A stretch of DNA of 64,000 nucleotides from an uncultured Gemmataceae bacterium (GTDB lineage Bacteria; Planctomycetota; Planctomycetia; Gemmatales; Gemmataceae): positions 736,001 to 800,000 of the forward strand of contig CAVVPN010000003.1 of assembly GCA_963750165.1 (NCBI GenBank). The letters are read 5' to 3'. The notes below the pieces were generated by a model. That model was given only the letters and a program-made list of their open reading frames with translations. It ran no database searches and had not been told where the DNA came from. Below, in pieces: positions 11,801 to 20,235 of this stretch. Numbering within the stretch: the first letter of the stretch is position 1; the number at the start of each line of letters is the position of its first letter. The translations under genes and the position numbers were made by a program.

Positions 11801-12146
11801 GTTAGTCTTTGCCCACGTCAACCTGAGAAAAGCCTTGAGTCTCAAGAAGGACTACGAGGGGGCAATCGCGGCGAACGAAGCGCACATCCGCGTCGAACCG
11901 CAGAACGAACACCTCCGTCTCGAACTGATTTCGCGCTACCGATACTTGAAAAAGTACCCCGAGGCCGTTGCCGCCGCGCGTGCCGCCCTCCAGGTGTTCC
12001 CCCGCTCCGCCGCGCTGTACGCCGCCCTGGGAGACGTGCTGCGCCTGTCCGGCGACATCCCCGGTGCCCGCGCCGCACTCACCGAGGCGACGCGGCTGGA
12101 CAAACGCTGGGCGGCCGAACTGGAGAAGTTGCCGAAGGGCAAATGA
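8880..12146 (+). CDS. Hanks-type Ser/Thr protein kinase with a TM helix and C-terminal TPR array
   Basis: IARGGMGVV, LAFK, HRDLKPANV, DWGLAK, GTPAFMAPEQ; TM segment LLLAAAVGLLAVGGAAVGWY; repeated 34-aa AHNNLGLALASKKEYDAAIASYREAIRLDPK units. Confidence 0.95.
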   Translation: MSAPDLNPDRPVDPHTEGFEPALDALLAAAFGPEPTPGGWTQPPLLRDEPSAHSPLVQPSSAEMPRGPADRYQMLGEIARGGMGVVLKGRDPDLGRDLAFKVLRTEMANRPAAVQRFVEEAQVGGQLQHPGIVPVYDLGRFADGRPYFAMKLVKGRTLADLLADRPDPATDRGRFLRHFLQVCQTLAYAHSRGVMHRDLKPANVMVGAFDEVLVMDWGLAKVLLRGGVADEKKASQLPPEDHLPTEIRTARFGSGSETEAGTVLGTPAFMAPEQAGGEIDRLDERADVFGLGAILAVILTGRPPYVGSGEVVRLMAVRGQLGDCFARLDGCGADAELVALCKRCLSAERDARPRTAAEVSAALAGHLAAVEDRAKRAELARAAAEAEAKEQKKRRKVQLLLAAAVGLLAVGGAAVGWYTDRQAAERQAERERLVAEQREADLRRQFEDEQRAAAERDRRQRNASAVAGLLDQCTTALRAGDADKAAITLEAASKRTAEGGADEHAGRQERLTADLAVLRKLTRADQFRWTRVASNWPDPKEAAEQYRLALVEFGADPDAVDPEVVARRVSASAVRERLVSALDRVLRADHSPRVRAALRAADADPYRDAVRDAVLANDGAKLLDLAGRGQAEQQPPGFVAFLGESGAIPVKRRRELLAAAVQRRPGDLGLLMALGRTYPINTRDGADERLRWFQAAVAVAPANSATHYSLGTTLVDKGKYDAAIASCKEAIRLDPKDAKAHSNLGHALVAKKEYDAAIASYREAIRLDPKLAPAHNNLGLALASKKEYDAAIASYREAIRLEPKLALAHSNLGNALHGKKEYDAAIASCKEAIRLDPKLAPAHNNLGLALANKKEYDAAIASCKEAIRLDPKLAPAHYNLGNALLAKKAYDAAIASYREAIRLEPKHANTHNNLGLALASKKEYDAAIACYKEAIRLEPKDAPVHNNLGVSLAIKQDYDAAIANFREAIRLNPKLVFAHVNLRKALSLKKDYEGAIAANEAHIRVEPQNEHLRLELISRYRYLKKYPEAVAAARAALQVFPRSAALYAALGDVLRLSGDIPGARAALTEATRLDKRWAAELEKLPKGK
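11001..11830 (+). repeat. About 8 near-identical 102-bp tandem repeats encoding TPR motifs
   Basis: gacgcggccatcgccagtt...gaggccatccgcctcga recurs every 102 bp. Confidence 0.9.
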
Positions 12147-12260
12147 CGACCCGCCGCCCCGCGCGTTGCAGCGGTAACCGCGGGGTGGTAGCATGCGGTC
12201 GAACGCAGGAGGTGTCCCGAGGTCCGCACGCGCCACCGCGAGCAGCGCACCCACAACCCC

Positions 12261-12920
12261 ATGCCGCCCGACGAACTCACCTGCTGGCTGCTCATCCGCG
12301 ACGCGGCGAACGGCGACGCCGCCGCCCGCGAGCGCTTCGCCCGCGTCTATCTGCCGCTGGTGCGGACGTACCTGGCGGCCCGGTGGCGCAACGCCCCGCA
12401 CAGTGCGGAGGACGCGGCCCAGGACGTGTTCGTCGAGTGCTTCCGCGCCGGGGGACTGCTCGACAAGGCCGACCCGGACCGCGCCGGCGGCTTCCGGGCG
12501 TTCCTGCTCGGGGCGGTGCGCAATGTCGCCCGTCGGCACGAGACCCGCGTCCGGCCCGCCGAGCAACTGCCGGCCGAACTGCCGGCCGACGACACCACCC
12601 CCGCCGCGGCGTTCGACCGGGCGTGGGCGCGGGCGCTGCTGAAAGAAGCCACCCGCGTCCAGGTCGAGAGCGCCACTCGCGCCGGGCGGGCGGCGGAGCG
12701 ACGGGTGGAGTTGCTGCGGTTGCGGTTCGGTGAGGGACTCCCCATCCGCGCGATCGCGGCCCGGTGGCAGGTGGACGCCGCCCAGCTGCACCACGAATAC
12801 GCCACCGCCCGTGCGGAGTTCCGGGCGGCCCTGCGCGGCGTGGTCGCGTTCCACCAGCCCGGGTGCCCGGTCGGCGACCTGGACAGCGCCTGCGCCGAAC
12901 TGCTGGCGATTCTCGGCTGA
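12261..12920 (+). CDS. ECF-type sigma-70 factor (kinase-associated planctomycete type)
   Basis: Region 2: AARERFARVYLPLV, AEDAAQDVFV, FRAFL; region 4 HTH: LRLRFGEGLPIRAIAARW. Confidence 0.85.
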   Translation: MPPDELTCWLLIRDAANGDAAARERFARVYLPLVRTYLAARWRNAPHSAEDAAQDVFVECFRAGGLLDKADPDRAGGFRAFLLGAVRNVARRHETRVRPAEQLPAELPADDTTPAAAFDRAWARALLKEATRVQVESATRAGRAAERRVELLRLRFGEGLPIRAIAARWQVDAAQLHHEYATARAEFRAALRGVVAFHQPGCPVGDLDSACAELLAILG

Positions 12921-13026
12921 GCGCCGCGGGTTCCCGGAAATCGCTTGCCCGCCCGGGAGGCGCGCCGCTACCATAACACCATCCGCGTTCCTGCCGCCCG
13001 CCTTCCGTGCCGAGGGGTTCACTGCC

Positions 13027-14418
13027 ATGCTGCACGTTGACGTGAATCAGGGCGTTCGCCACTGTGATGGCCTGACGCGCCGTGAGTTGCTGCGCGTCGA
13101 GGCGCTCGGCCTCGGCGGCCTGACGCTGCCGGCGCTGCTGCACCTGCAACAGGTGGCCGCCGCCACGCCGACACCGCGCCGCCGGGCACGGTCGGTGATC
13201 GTACTGTTCCTCTCCGGCGGGCCGTCGCACCTGGACATGTTCGACCTGAAACCGGACGCCCCGGAGGAGATCCGCGGCACCTTTCGCCCCACGGCGACAC
13301 GCGTGCCCGGCGTGCAGTTGTGCGAACACCTGCCGCGCATGGCGGCGCAGGCGGACAAATTCACGGTCATCCGTTCGATGCGGCACGGCAACGGCAACCA
13401 CCCCGCCGCGGCCTACTGGATGATGGTCGGCAGCCCGATGACGCGGCCGGCGCCGCAGGTCGTGACCATGAGCCGCGAGGATCGGCCGCACATCGGCTCG
13501 GCCCTGGCGCGACTGCTGCCGGCGTCGCGCGGACTGCCGCCGTTCGTGATGGTGCCGGAAGCGATCTCGCCGGTTGGTCCGGAGCGGCCCGGTCAGCACG
13601 CCGGCTTCCTGGGTGCCGCCTACGACCCCTACCGCGTCAACAGCAACCCGAATTCCCCCGACTACACGCCCGGCGCCCTCGGTCCCGACCGCGACGTGGA
13701 CGCCGCCCGGCTCGCCGCGCGCCGGTCGCTGCTGGCGCGGGCCAGCGACCAGGTTCGCCGTCTGGAAACGGCGTCGCCGGCGCAGATGCTGGATGCGTAT
13801 TACACGCGGGCGTTCGATCTGATCTCGTCGCCGGCGGCGCAGCGGGCCTTCGACGTACACGCCGAGAGCGCTGTCACACGCGACCGCTACGGCCGGCACA
13901 TCTTCGGCCAGTCGTGTCTGCTGGCGCGGCGGCTGGTCGAGGCGGGCATACGGCTGGTGCATGTGAACTGGGTGCGGCACGACAACGGCTTCGGCGGCCA
14001 GGGCTACGACAGCCACCGCGACCATCTGGAGTGGTCGCGCACCGAACTGCTGCCGCCGACGGACGCCGCGTTCGCGTCGCTGGTGGAAGATCTGCACCTG
14101 CGCGGGCTGCTTGAGGAAACGCTGGTGGTGATGATGGGCGAGTTCGGCCGGACGCCGCGCTTCAACAGCGCCGGCGGCCGCGATCACTGGCCGAATTGCT
14201 TCAGTGTGGTCGTGGCTGGCGGCGGCGTGCGCGGCGGTCAGGTGTACGGCTCCTCCGACCGCACCGGCTCGCAGCCCACGTCGAACCCGGTGTCGCCGCA
14301 GGATCTGATGGCGACGCTGTACCACTGCCTGGGCGTCGATCCGCACGCCACCATTCATGACCTGCAGCATCGGCCGTATACCCTGGTCGAGGGGGCGCCG
14401 GTGCTGGGGATTTTGTGA
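13027..14418 (+). CDS. DUF1501 domain protein (Tat-like N-terminus)
   Basis: [45 protein letters not shown]. Confidence 0.92.
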   Translation: MLHVDVNQGVRHCDGLTRRELLRVEALGLGGLTLPALLHLQQVAAATPTPRRRARSVIVLFLSGGPSHLDMFDLKPDAPEEIRGTFRPTATRVPGVQLCEHLPRMAAQADKFTVIRSMRHGNGNHPAAAYWMMVGSPMTRPAPQVVTMSREDRPHIGSALARLLPASRGLPPFVMVPEAISPVGPERPGQHAGFLGAAYDPYRVNSNPNSPDYTPGALGPDRDVDAARLAARRSLLARASDQVRRLETASPAQMLDAYYTRAFDLISSPAAQRAFDVHAESAVTRDRYGRHIFGQSCLLARRLVEAGIRLVHVNWVRHDNGFGGQGYDSHRDHLEWSRTELLPPTDAAFASLVEDLHLRGLLEETLVVMMGEFGRTPRFNSAGGRDHWPNCFSVVVAGGGVRGGQVYGSSDRTGSQPTSNPVSPQDLMATLYHCLGVDPHATIHDLQHRPYTLVEGAPVLGIL

Positions 14419-14427
14419 GCCCTGGTG

Positions 14428-14481
14428 CATCGATTTATCGTTTCGCGCTGGTTTGTTGCGGCGTGAAACGATAAATCGATG
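14428..14481. repeat. Intergenic inverted repeat (hairpin, possible terminator or REP)
   Basis: catcgatttatcgtttc...gaaacgataaatcgatg. Confidence 0.7.
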
Positions 14482-14516
14482 GACGGGGAACCCATCCGAC
14501 CATTTGAGATATTCAC

Positions 14517-15569
14517 ATGCCAACGCACCAGGAACAGACCGCGCTGACGCCTGAGTTGCTGCGGCGCCGGGCGGCGGCGCTACCGCGCATCGCGCTGGCC
14601 CATCTGCCGACGCCGCTCGAAGCGTTGCCGCGCTTCGCGCAGCAACTGGGCGGCCCGCCGATCTACATCAAGCGCGACGACTGCACCGGCATGTTGTTCG
14701 GCGGCAACAAAACGCGGCACAACGAATTCCTCCTGGCCGACGCCCTGCAGAAGGGCGCCGACGTGGTGGTCTGGGGCGCCGGCGTGCAGTCGAACAACTG
14801 CCGCCAGACTGCCGCGGCGTGCGCCAAACTCGGCCTGGACTGTCACCTGTATCTGACGCGGGCGACGCACAACGACGACATCCAGGGCAACCTGCTGCTC
14901 GACCATCTAATGGGTGCGCAGGTCCACATCGTCGATGTGCCGATGGGCCCGGCGATGGACGACCTGCTGCTGGCGAAGGCGGCGGAGCTGCAGGCGGCGG
15001 GACGGCGGCCATACGTGTGGGACCGGGTTACGGGGCGGCCGCTGGCGGCGGTCAGTTACGTGCTGTGCCTGGCGGAGATCGTCGAGCAGGTGCGGCAGCT
15101 CAGCATCCAACCGGCTGCCCTGTATGCCTGCGCCGCCGGCGCCACCGGGGCGGGACTGGCACTGGGCAAGGCCGTGCTGGACTTGCCGTGGCGGGTGCGG
15201 CTGGTGGCGCCGATCCGCTGGCCGTGGGACGCGCGCGCGGACATGGCCGAGGTCGCCAACCAGACCGCGGCGCTGCTCAAGCTGCCGCACCGCCTCAGCG
15301 CCGCGGACATCGACATTACCGAGGAATACGTCGGCCCGCAGTACGGCGCCGTGACGCCGGAGGGCCGCGAAGCCATCGCGCTGCTCGCGCGCAGCGAGGG
15401 CATCCTGGTGGACCCGGCGTACACGGCGAAGTCGCTGGCGGCGCTGATCGCCGACGTGCGCCAGCACCGCGTCGAGGCCGGGCGACCGCTGCTGTTCCTG
15501 CACACCGGAGGCACGCCAGCCGTGTTCGCCTACCGGGACGAATTGTTGGAACCAGTCATTAGTCATTAG
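14517..15569 (+). CDS. D-cysteine desulfhydrase / ACC deaminase family PLP enzyme
   Basis: LPTPL, IYIKRDDCTG, GGNKTR (PLP lysine), QSN, EGILVDPAYTAK, LFLHTGG. Confidence 0.9.
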   Translation: MPTHQEQTALTPELLRRRAAALPRIALAHLPTPLEALPRFAQQLGGPPIYIKRDDCTGMLFGGNKTRHNEFLLADALQKGADVVVWGAGVQSNNCRQTAAACAKLGLDCHLYLTRATHNDDIQGNLLLDHLMGAQVHIVDVPMGPAMDDLLLAKAAELQAAGRRPYVWDRVTGRPLAAVSYVLCLAEIVEQVRQLSIQPAALYACAAGATGAGLALGKAVLDLPWRVRLVAPIRWPWDARADMAEVANQTAALLKLPHRLSAADIDITEEYVGPQYGAVTPEGREAIALLARSEGILVDPAYTAKSLAALIADVRQHRVEAGRPLLFLHTGGTPAVFAYRDELLEPVISH

Positions 15570-15663
15570 TCATTAGTCATTAGTCATTAGCATTGGGCGT
15601 TTATCCCAGCATCTCAACACTGATGACTAATGACTAATGACTAATGACTAATGACTAATGACT
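15554..15663. repeat. Inverted heptamer tandem repeats (AGTCATT)5 ... (AATGACT)5
   Basis: Five AGTCATT copies, a ~30-nt spacer, then one variant and five perfect AATGACT copies. Confidence 0.9.
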
Positions 15664-15679
15664 ACGAAAGGAGCATGTT

Positions 15680-16408
15680 ATGCGGATCTGGTTAGCAGGC
15701 GTGGCCCTGCTGGCGATTACCACGGCGGCGCAGGCGCAGTACGGCGACATCAGCGACCTGAAGCTGCTCAAACCCGAGGACAAGCGGGATGTCAAGAGCA
15801 CACCGCCGCCGGCGGGCGCCATCGTGCTGTTCAATGGCAAGAACCTGGACGGTTGGGTGAAGCGCAACGGCAAGGATCCGGCGGCGTGGAAACCGGTGGC
15901 CGGCGGCGCCATGCAGGTGCAGGGCGGCGACATCATGACGAAGGAGAAGTTCGGCGGCAGTTTCAGGCTGCACGTCGAGTTCCGCGTGCCGTATATGCCG
16001 AAGGCGAGCGGCCAGGGTCGCGGCAACAGCGGCGTCTACGTGCAGGGCCGCTATGAAGTGCAGGTGCTCGACAGTTACGCCTTGAAGAGTAAGGACAATG
16101 ACTGCGGTGGCATCTACGGTGTCGCGGCGCCGCTGGTCAACGCCTGCAAGGCGCCGACAGTCTGGCAGAGCTACGACATCCACTTTACGTCGCCGGTGTG
16201 CAAGGACGGTAAGAAGGTGGAACCAGCCCGCATCACCGTGTATCACAATGGCGTCAAGATCCACGACAACGTGAAGATCACGAAGGATAACACGACCGCG
16301 GGCCTCGGCGGCGACCCGTGTATGCCGGGGCCGATCCTGTTGCAGGACCACGGCAACCCGGTGCAGTTCCGCAACATCTGGTTGCAGCGTAACAAGGGCG
16401 CGGGTTAA
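15680..16408 (+). CDS. DUF1080 / 3-keto-disaccharide hydrolase family protein
   Basis: Signal peptide; LFNGKNLDGW, LHVEF, GNSGVY, YEVQVLDS, LQDHGNPVQFRNIW. Confidence 0.92.
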   Translation: MRIWLAGVALLAITTAAQAQYGDISDLKLLKPEDKRDVKSTPPPAGAIVLFNGKNLDGWVKRNGKDPAAWKPVAGGAMQVQGGDIMTKEKFGGSFRLHVEFRVPYMPKASGQGRGNSGVYVQGRYEVQVLDSYALKSKDNDCGGIYGVAAPLVNACKAPTVWQSYDIHFTSPVCKDGKKVEPARITVYHNGVKIHDNVKITKDNTTAGLGGDPCMPGPILLQDHGNPVQFRNIWLQRNKGAG

Positions 16409-16411
16409 CCG

Positions 16412-16984
16412 TCACGACGGCCGCCGTGTGCGCCAGGCCGTGATGGCCGCGGCGTCCACGGCGGCGTCGCGCTCCAGGCTCTCCCGCAACCGCCGCAGCA
16501 TCTCCGCCGACGCCAAGCGCAGGAAGCGCTGCATTGTCAGCAACGGTTCCGTCCCCGTCATTTCGCCGCCAAGCACTTCCGCCAGGTAAATCGTGCGGTC
16601 GCCGCTGTCCAGCGTCGCCTCGACGCGGCACTCCAGCCAGCCGAGCGCGTCGGTCAGCACCGGCACGCCGCCGACTCCCGGCCGCGTCGCCAGACCGGCG
16701 AACTTGTCCCCGTCGCGGCCGGAGTGCAGGCCGAAGCGCTCGACCCACTCCAGATGCCGCTCGCCGAGCAACTGCGCAGCGAAAACGCCGGACGCCTCAA
16801 TGAGGCCCCAGGTGTGGTGCTGTTTGGCGATGCCGACGAGCAACCGCGGCAGTTCCGGGACGATGGAGGCGCTGCTGACGAAGGTGGCGATCAGGCCGCC
16901 ACGGCGGCCGTTAGCGGCGGCGGTGATGAGCCACAGTTCGCGCTCGGGGCGGGCCAGAAGTTGCGCGATGGCGGCGCGGTCCAT
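16412..16984 (-). CDS. Flavin reductase-like (DIM6/NTAB family) protein
   Basis: LWLITAA, SASIVPELP, FGLHSGRDGDKF, WLECRV, GDRTIYLAEV. Confidence 0.85.
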   Translation of the reverse strand: MDRAAIAQLLARPERELWLITAAANGRRGGLIATFVSSASIVPELPRLLVGIAKQHHTWGLIEASGVFAAQLLGERHLEWVERFGLHSGRDGDKFAGLATRPGVGGVPVLTDALGWLECRVEATLDSGDRTIYLAEVLGGEMTGTEPLLTMQRFLRLASAEMLRRLRESLERDAAVDAAAITAWRTRRPS

Positions 16985-17400
16985 GTGCTTTTCTTCCCCG
17001 GATCAGTGCCCCCTCCGCCGTCCGTTGGAAGTTGTACGCCCGCGTGCCCGGCGCGGCCCGATCCTGCGGGGAAATAAAACACCCGGGGTCACTGGCCACC
17101 TCTCCCATAGCCAATGCACCCCGGGTGATTTTCGCGAAATAAAGCTGGCCGAATCAGCCGGTACCGCCTCTCCCGCAGTCCGTGCCTACCAACCAGCTTT
17201 TGTGTATGTGAGCAATAGCCGTGCCAATCAACCTCAGAAAAGTCTGCGCGACATAACCTCTTCGGAATTCATGGCCTACGCCGTGCGGCCGCGAGCGCTG
17301 CGCGATCCGGATTCCGTAAGTTCTGGTGCCAGTGCCCGCGCTGCCGGCAAGGACTGCATCGATATTCAGCAGTCGGCGCGTTCCAGGCAGCGGCCGCCGT

Positions 17401-17883
17401 TCACTCCACGCCCATTTGCAGCACCACCCGGTTCCGTGCCACGCGCAGGTGGCGGATAATGTCGTGCAGTCCCTCGCGGTCGATCTGCTTGGCGAGCGTC
17501 AGGGCCTCGTCAATGCTGTGCTCCAGCTGCTCCAGCCGGGCCGCCGTTTGCCGCGACGGTCGCGCTGCCGATGCCGGGGCCGCTTCCTGGGCCGGCTGCT
17601 CCTCGCGCCGCGGCCGCCCACGCTTGCCGAGCTTCTTGCGGAGGATGCTCTTGACATTCGCCAGTCCTTGCTTGACGCGCTCGGGCACTTCGTCGTGGCC
17701 GGGGTGGTCGTCCAGCCAGCGCTGGAGCAGCGCCTCGTTGCTCCGCTCCTTCAACAGTTTGGGGTTCGCCTGGAAAATGGCCCGGAAGTAGCCGGATACA
17801 CTTTCTCCATCTTTACCCGGACGCCCCTCAGCGGTGGCCTCGGTGCTGGCGTCGGGCTCCTGGTCGGCGGTTTTCTTCGCCAT
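17401..17883 (-). CDS. Hypothetical protein (basic, contains a KRGRPR AT-hook-like motif)
   Basis: GAGG RBS upstream; 160-aa ORF with coherent codon usage. Confidence 0.7.
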   Translation of the reverse strand: MAKKTADQEPDASTEATAEGRPGKDGESVSGYFRAIFQANPKLLKERSNEALLQRWLDDHPGHDEVPERVKQGLANVKSILRKKLGKRGRPRREEQPAQEAAPASAARPSRQTAARLEQLEHSIDEALTLAKQIDREGLHDIIRHLRVARNRVVLQMGVE

Positions 17884-18132
17884 CGGACGGTCCTCACGGG
17901 CGAGTTGATTTGAAGGTAACGGTTTGAGTTATCTTAACGCGCCGTCAAGGGGGTGCAATGCGCCTCAGCCCAGCCGGTACCGAGAAGTGCCGCTGCCCGG
18001 CAGGCTGTGGCGGTTATACCGGCGGTATCGGGCGCAACCTGTGCCCCGCAGTCCCCTAATCATATGATAGCTTCGTGCCCGCCAGAGCGGGCGCGGTAAC
18101 TCCATTTCACGGGCCGAGTGAGGGCTAACACC

Positions 18133-18722
18133 ATGAAGACGCTGGCTGACGAGGAATTGGATCTGTTATTCCGCGCAGCGCGGACGCACAACGTCTGGCT
18201 GAACCAACCGGTGGACGACGCCCTGCTGCGGCGGGTGTATGACCTCGCGAAAATGGGCCCGACCTCGGCCAACATGTGCCCGATGCGCCTGGTGTTCGTC
18301 CGGTCGCAGGAGGCGAAGGAGCGGTTGCGGCCCTGCCTCGACGCGGGCAACGTGGCCAAGACCATGGCGGCGCCGGCCACCGCCATCGTGGGCATGGATG
18401 TACGGTTTTACGAACAGCTGCCGAAGCTGTTCCCGCACGCCGACGCCAGAGCGTGGTTCAAGGATCTGCCGGCGTCCGTGCTGGAGTACACCGCCCTGCG
18501 CAACTCGTCGCTGCAGGGGGCGTACCTCATACTGGCGGCGCGGCGCTCGGGCTCGACTGTGGGCCGATGTCCGGTTTCGACAACGCCAAGGTGGACGCGG
18601 CGTTCTTTGCCGGTACGACGATCAAGTCGAACTTCCTGTGCAACCTCGGCCACGGCGACGTGAGCAAACTCTACCCGCGTTCGCCCCGTCTTGACTTCGA
18701 CGAAGCGTGCAAGGTCATGTGA
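18133..18722 (+). CDS. rutE: Nitroreductase family malonic semialdehyde reductase (RutE-like); frameshift near 18545
   Basis: [30 protein letters not shown], then in another frame [13 protein letters not shown]...[10 protein letters not shown]...RSPRL. Confidence 0.8.
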
Positions 18723-18749
18723 CGCAATTCCCCCTTGAGGGCCGGGCTC

Positions 18750-19973
18750 ATGATTTCGCAAACTGACCGCCGATCAGCCTCCACGCCGCACGGTTGGCGC
18801 GCCCCCTGGGTGGCGTTGCTGGCGGCACTGCTGGCGCCGCTGGCCGGCGCCGCGCTGCCGCAGAAGGGGCAGTCCCCGGTGCGGGTCACCGTCAAGGACG
18901 AGCAGCCCGTCGTGGTCGATGCGACGCTGCAGCTGCCCGTGGACCCGGCGCAGCGCATCCAGTTTCACCCCCAGGGACTGACCCCGCGGGTGCTCACCAT
19001 GAACAACCAGACGCTGCACCTGGGCCACTACGCCACGCTCAAGATCGACAACCAGGTCTTCCAGGGCGCCGCTGCCGAGTACCAGAACCGGGCCCTGGCC
19101 AAGGGCAAGGACGGCAAGGCGCGCCAGGGCTTCGAGTCGCGCTTCAACTACGGCAACGGCCTGACTGTGACGGTCACCATGATGTTGGTGGCGACCAAAC
19201 CCGCGAACAAGGCTGCCAAGCGCAGCCGCGACTCCGTCCTGACGCACTACGTCATCGAGAACAAAGGCACCAAGCCGCGCTCGGTCGGCCTGCGCATCTT
19301 CATGGACACCTACATCATCAACAACGACGGCTGCCTGTTCGCCGCGCCGAACCACCCCAACAAGATCCTCAATGGCGTGGAACTCAAGGGCAAGGAACTG
19401 CCGCCCTACGTGCAACTGCTCCAGCAGCCGAACCTGCAGAACCCCGGCTTCGTGGCCCACCTGACACTCGACCTGGGGCCGAAGCTGGACAAACCCGACC
19501 GCGTGGTACTCACCAATCTGGGGGCGCAGCGGGGTCAATGGGATGTCGCCGCCCAGCCGGCGGGCGACTCGGCGCTGGCGGTCTTCTGGGAGCCGAAGGA
19601 GATCAAGCCAGGCGGCAAGCGCGAGATCGCCTACGGCTATGGCCAGGGCCTGGTGCCCAGCCCCGAGAGCGAGGGCCGCGTCGAACTGGCCCTGGGCGGC
19701 TCCTTCGTCCCGGGCAAGCGCTTCACCGTGACCGCCTATGTCAACGACCCGGCACCCGGCCAGTCGCTGACGCTGGATCTGCCCGCCGGCATGGCGCTGG
19801 TGGACAGCCCGGAGGTGCAGGCGGTGCCGGCGCCGCCGGCGAACGGAGCGCCGGTGAGTCTGGTGATGTGGCGGGCGCGCGTGCTGCGGCCGGGCGAGTT
19901 CGCGGTGCGCGTTCGCTCCAGCACCGGCGTCACCCAGGGCAAACTCGTCACCGTCACACAGGAAAAGGAGTAA
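18750..19973 (+). CDS. Secreted hypothetical protein
   Basis: Long ORF with signal peptide and typical codon usage; start uncertain. Confidence 0.75.
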   Translation: MISQTDRRSASTPHGWRAPWVALLAALLAPLAGAALPQKGQSPVRVTVKDEQPVVVDATLQLPVDPAQRIQFHPQGLTPRVLTMNNQTLHLGHYATLKIDNQVFQGAAAEYQNRALAKGKDGKARQGFESRFNYGNGLTVTVTMMLVATKPANKAAKRSRDSVLTHYVIENKGTKPRSVGLRIFMDTYIINNDGCLFAAPNHPNKILNGVELKGKELPPYVQLLQQPNLQNPGFVAHLTLDLGPKLDKPDRVVLTNLGAQRGQWDVAAQPAGDSALAVFWEPKEIKPGGKREIAYGYGQGLVPSPESEGRVELALGGSFVPGKRFTVTAYVNDPAPGQSLTLDLPAGMALVDSPEVQAVPAPPANGAPVSLVMWRARVLRPGEFAVRVRSSTGVTQGKLVTVTQEKE

Positions 19974-19985
19974 ACGGCACAACGA

Positions 19986-20064
19986 CGTTGCGCTTCGTGG
20001 GGCAGGCTTTCCAGCCTGCCATGCCATGCGGCAGGCTGGAAAGTCTGCCCCACGAAGCGCAGCG
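19986..20064. repeat. REP-like palindrome (GTGGGGCAGGCTTTCCAGCCTGCC...GGCAGGCTGGAAAGTCTGCCCCAC)
   Basis: Near-perfect inverted repeat with internal hairpins, right after a stop codon. Confidence 0.85.
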
Positions 20065-20235
20065 CGAAACGTCCACGGGGGCTCGTTTCGTCCGCCAACT
20101 CTTGCCGCCACGAGTTCTCATCATTTTTCACTTGCTTTGCACGATAATCACCTTACTATTCATTTATCTCATGCCCGAATGGTAAGCCCTCATTAAATTC
20201 AACCCGCATTCGCACTCTCGATTCCGAGGCCTCCC

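Noticed and set aside
11001..11830. 102-bp repeats as CRISPR or DGR cassette
   Set aside because: In-frame 34-aa TPR coding repeats with no unique spacers.
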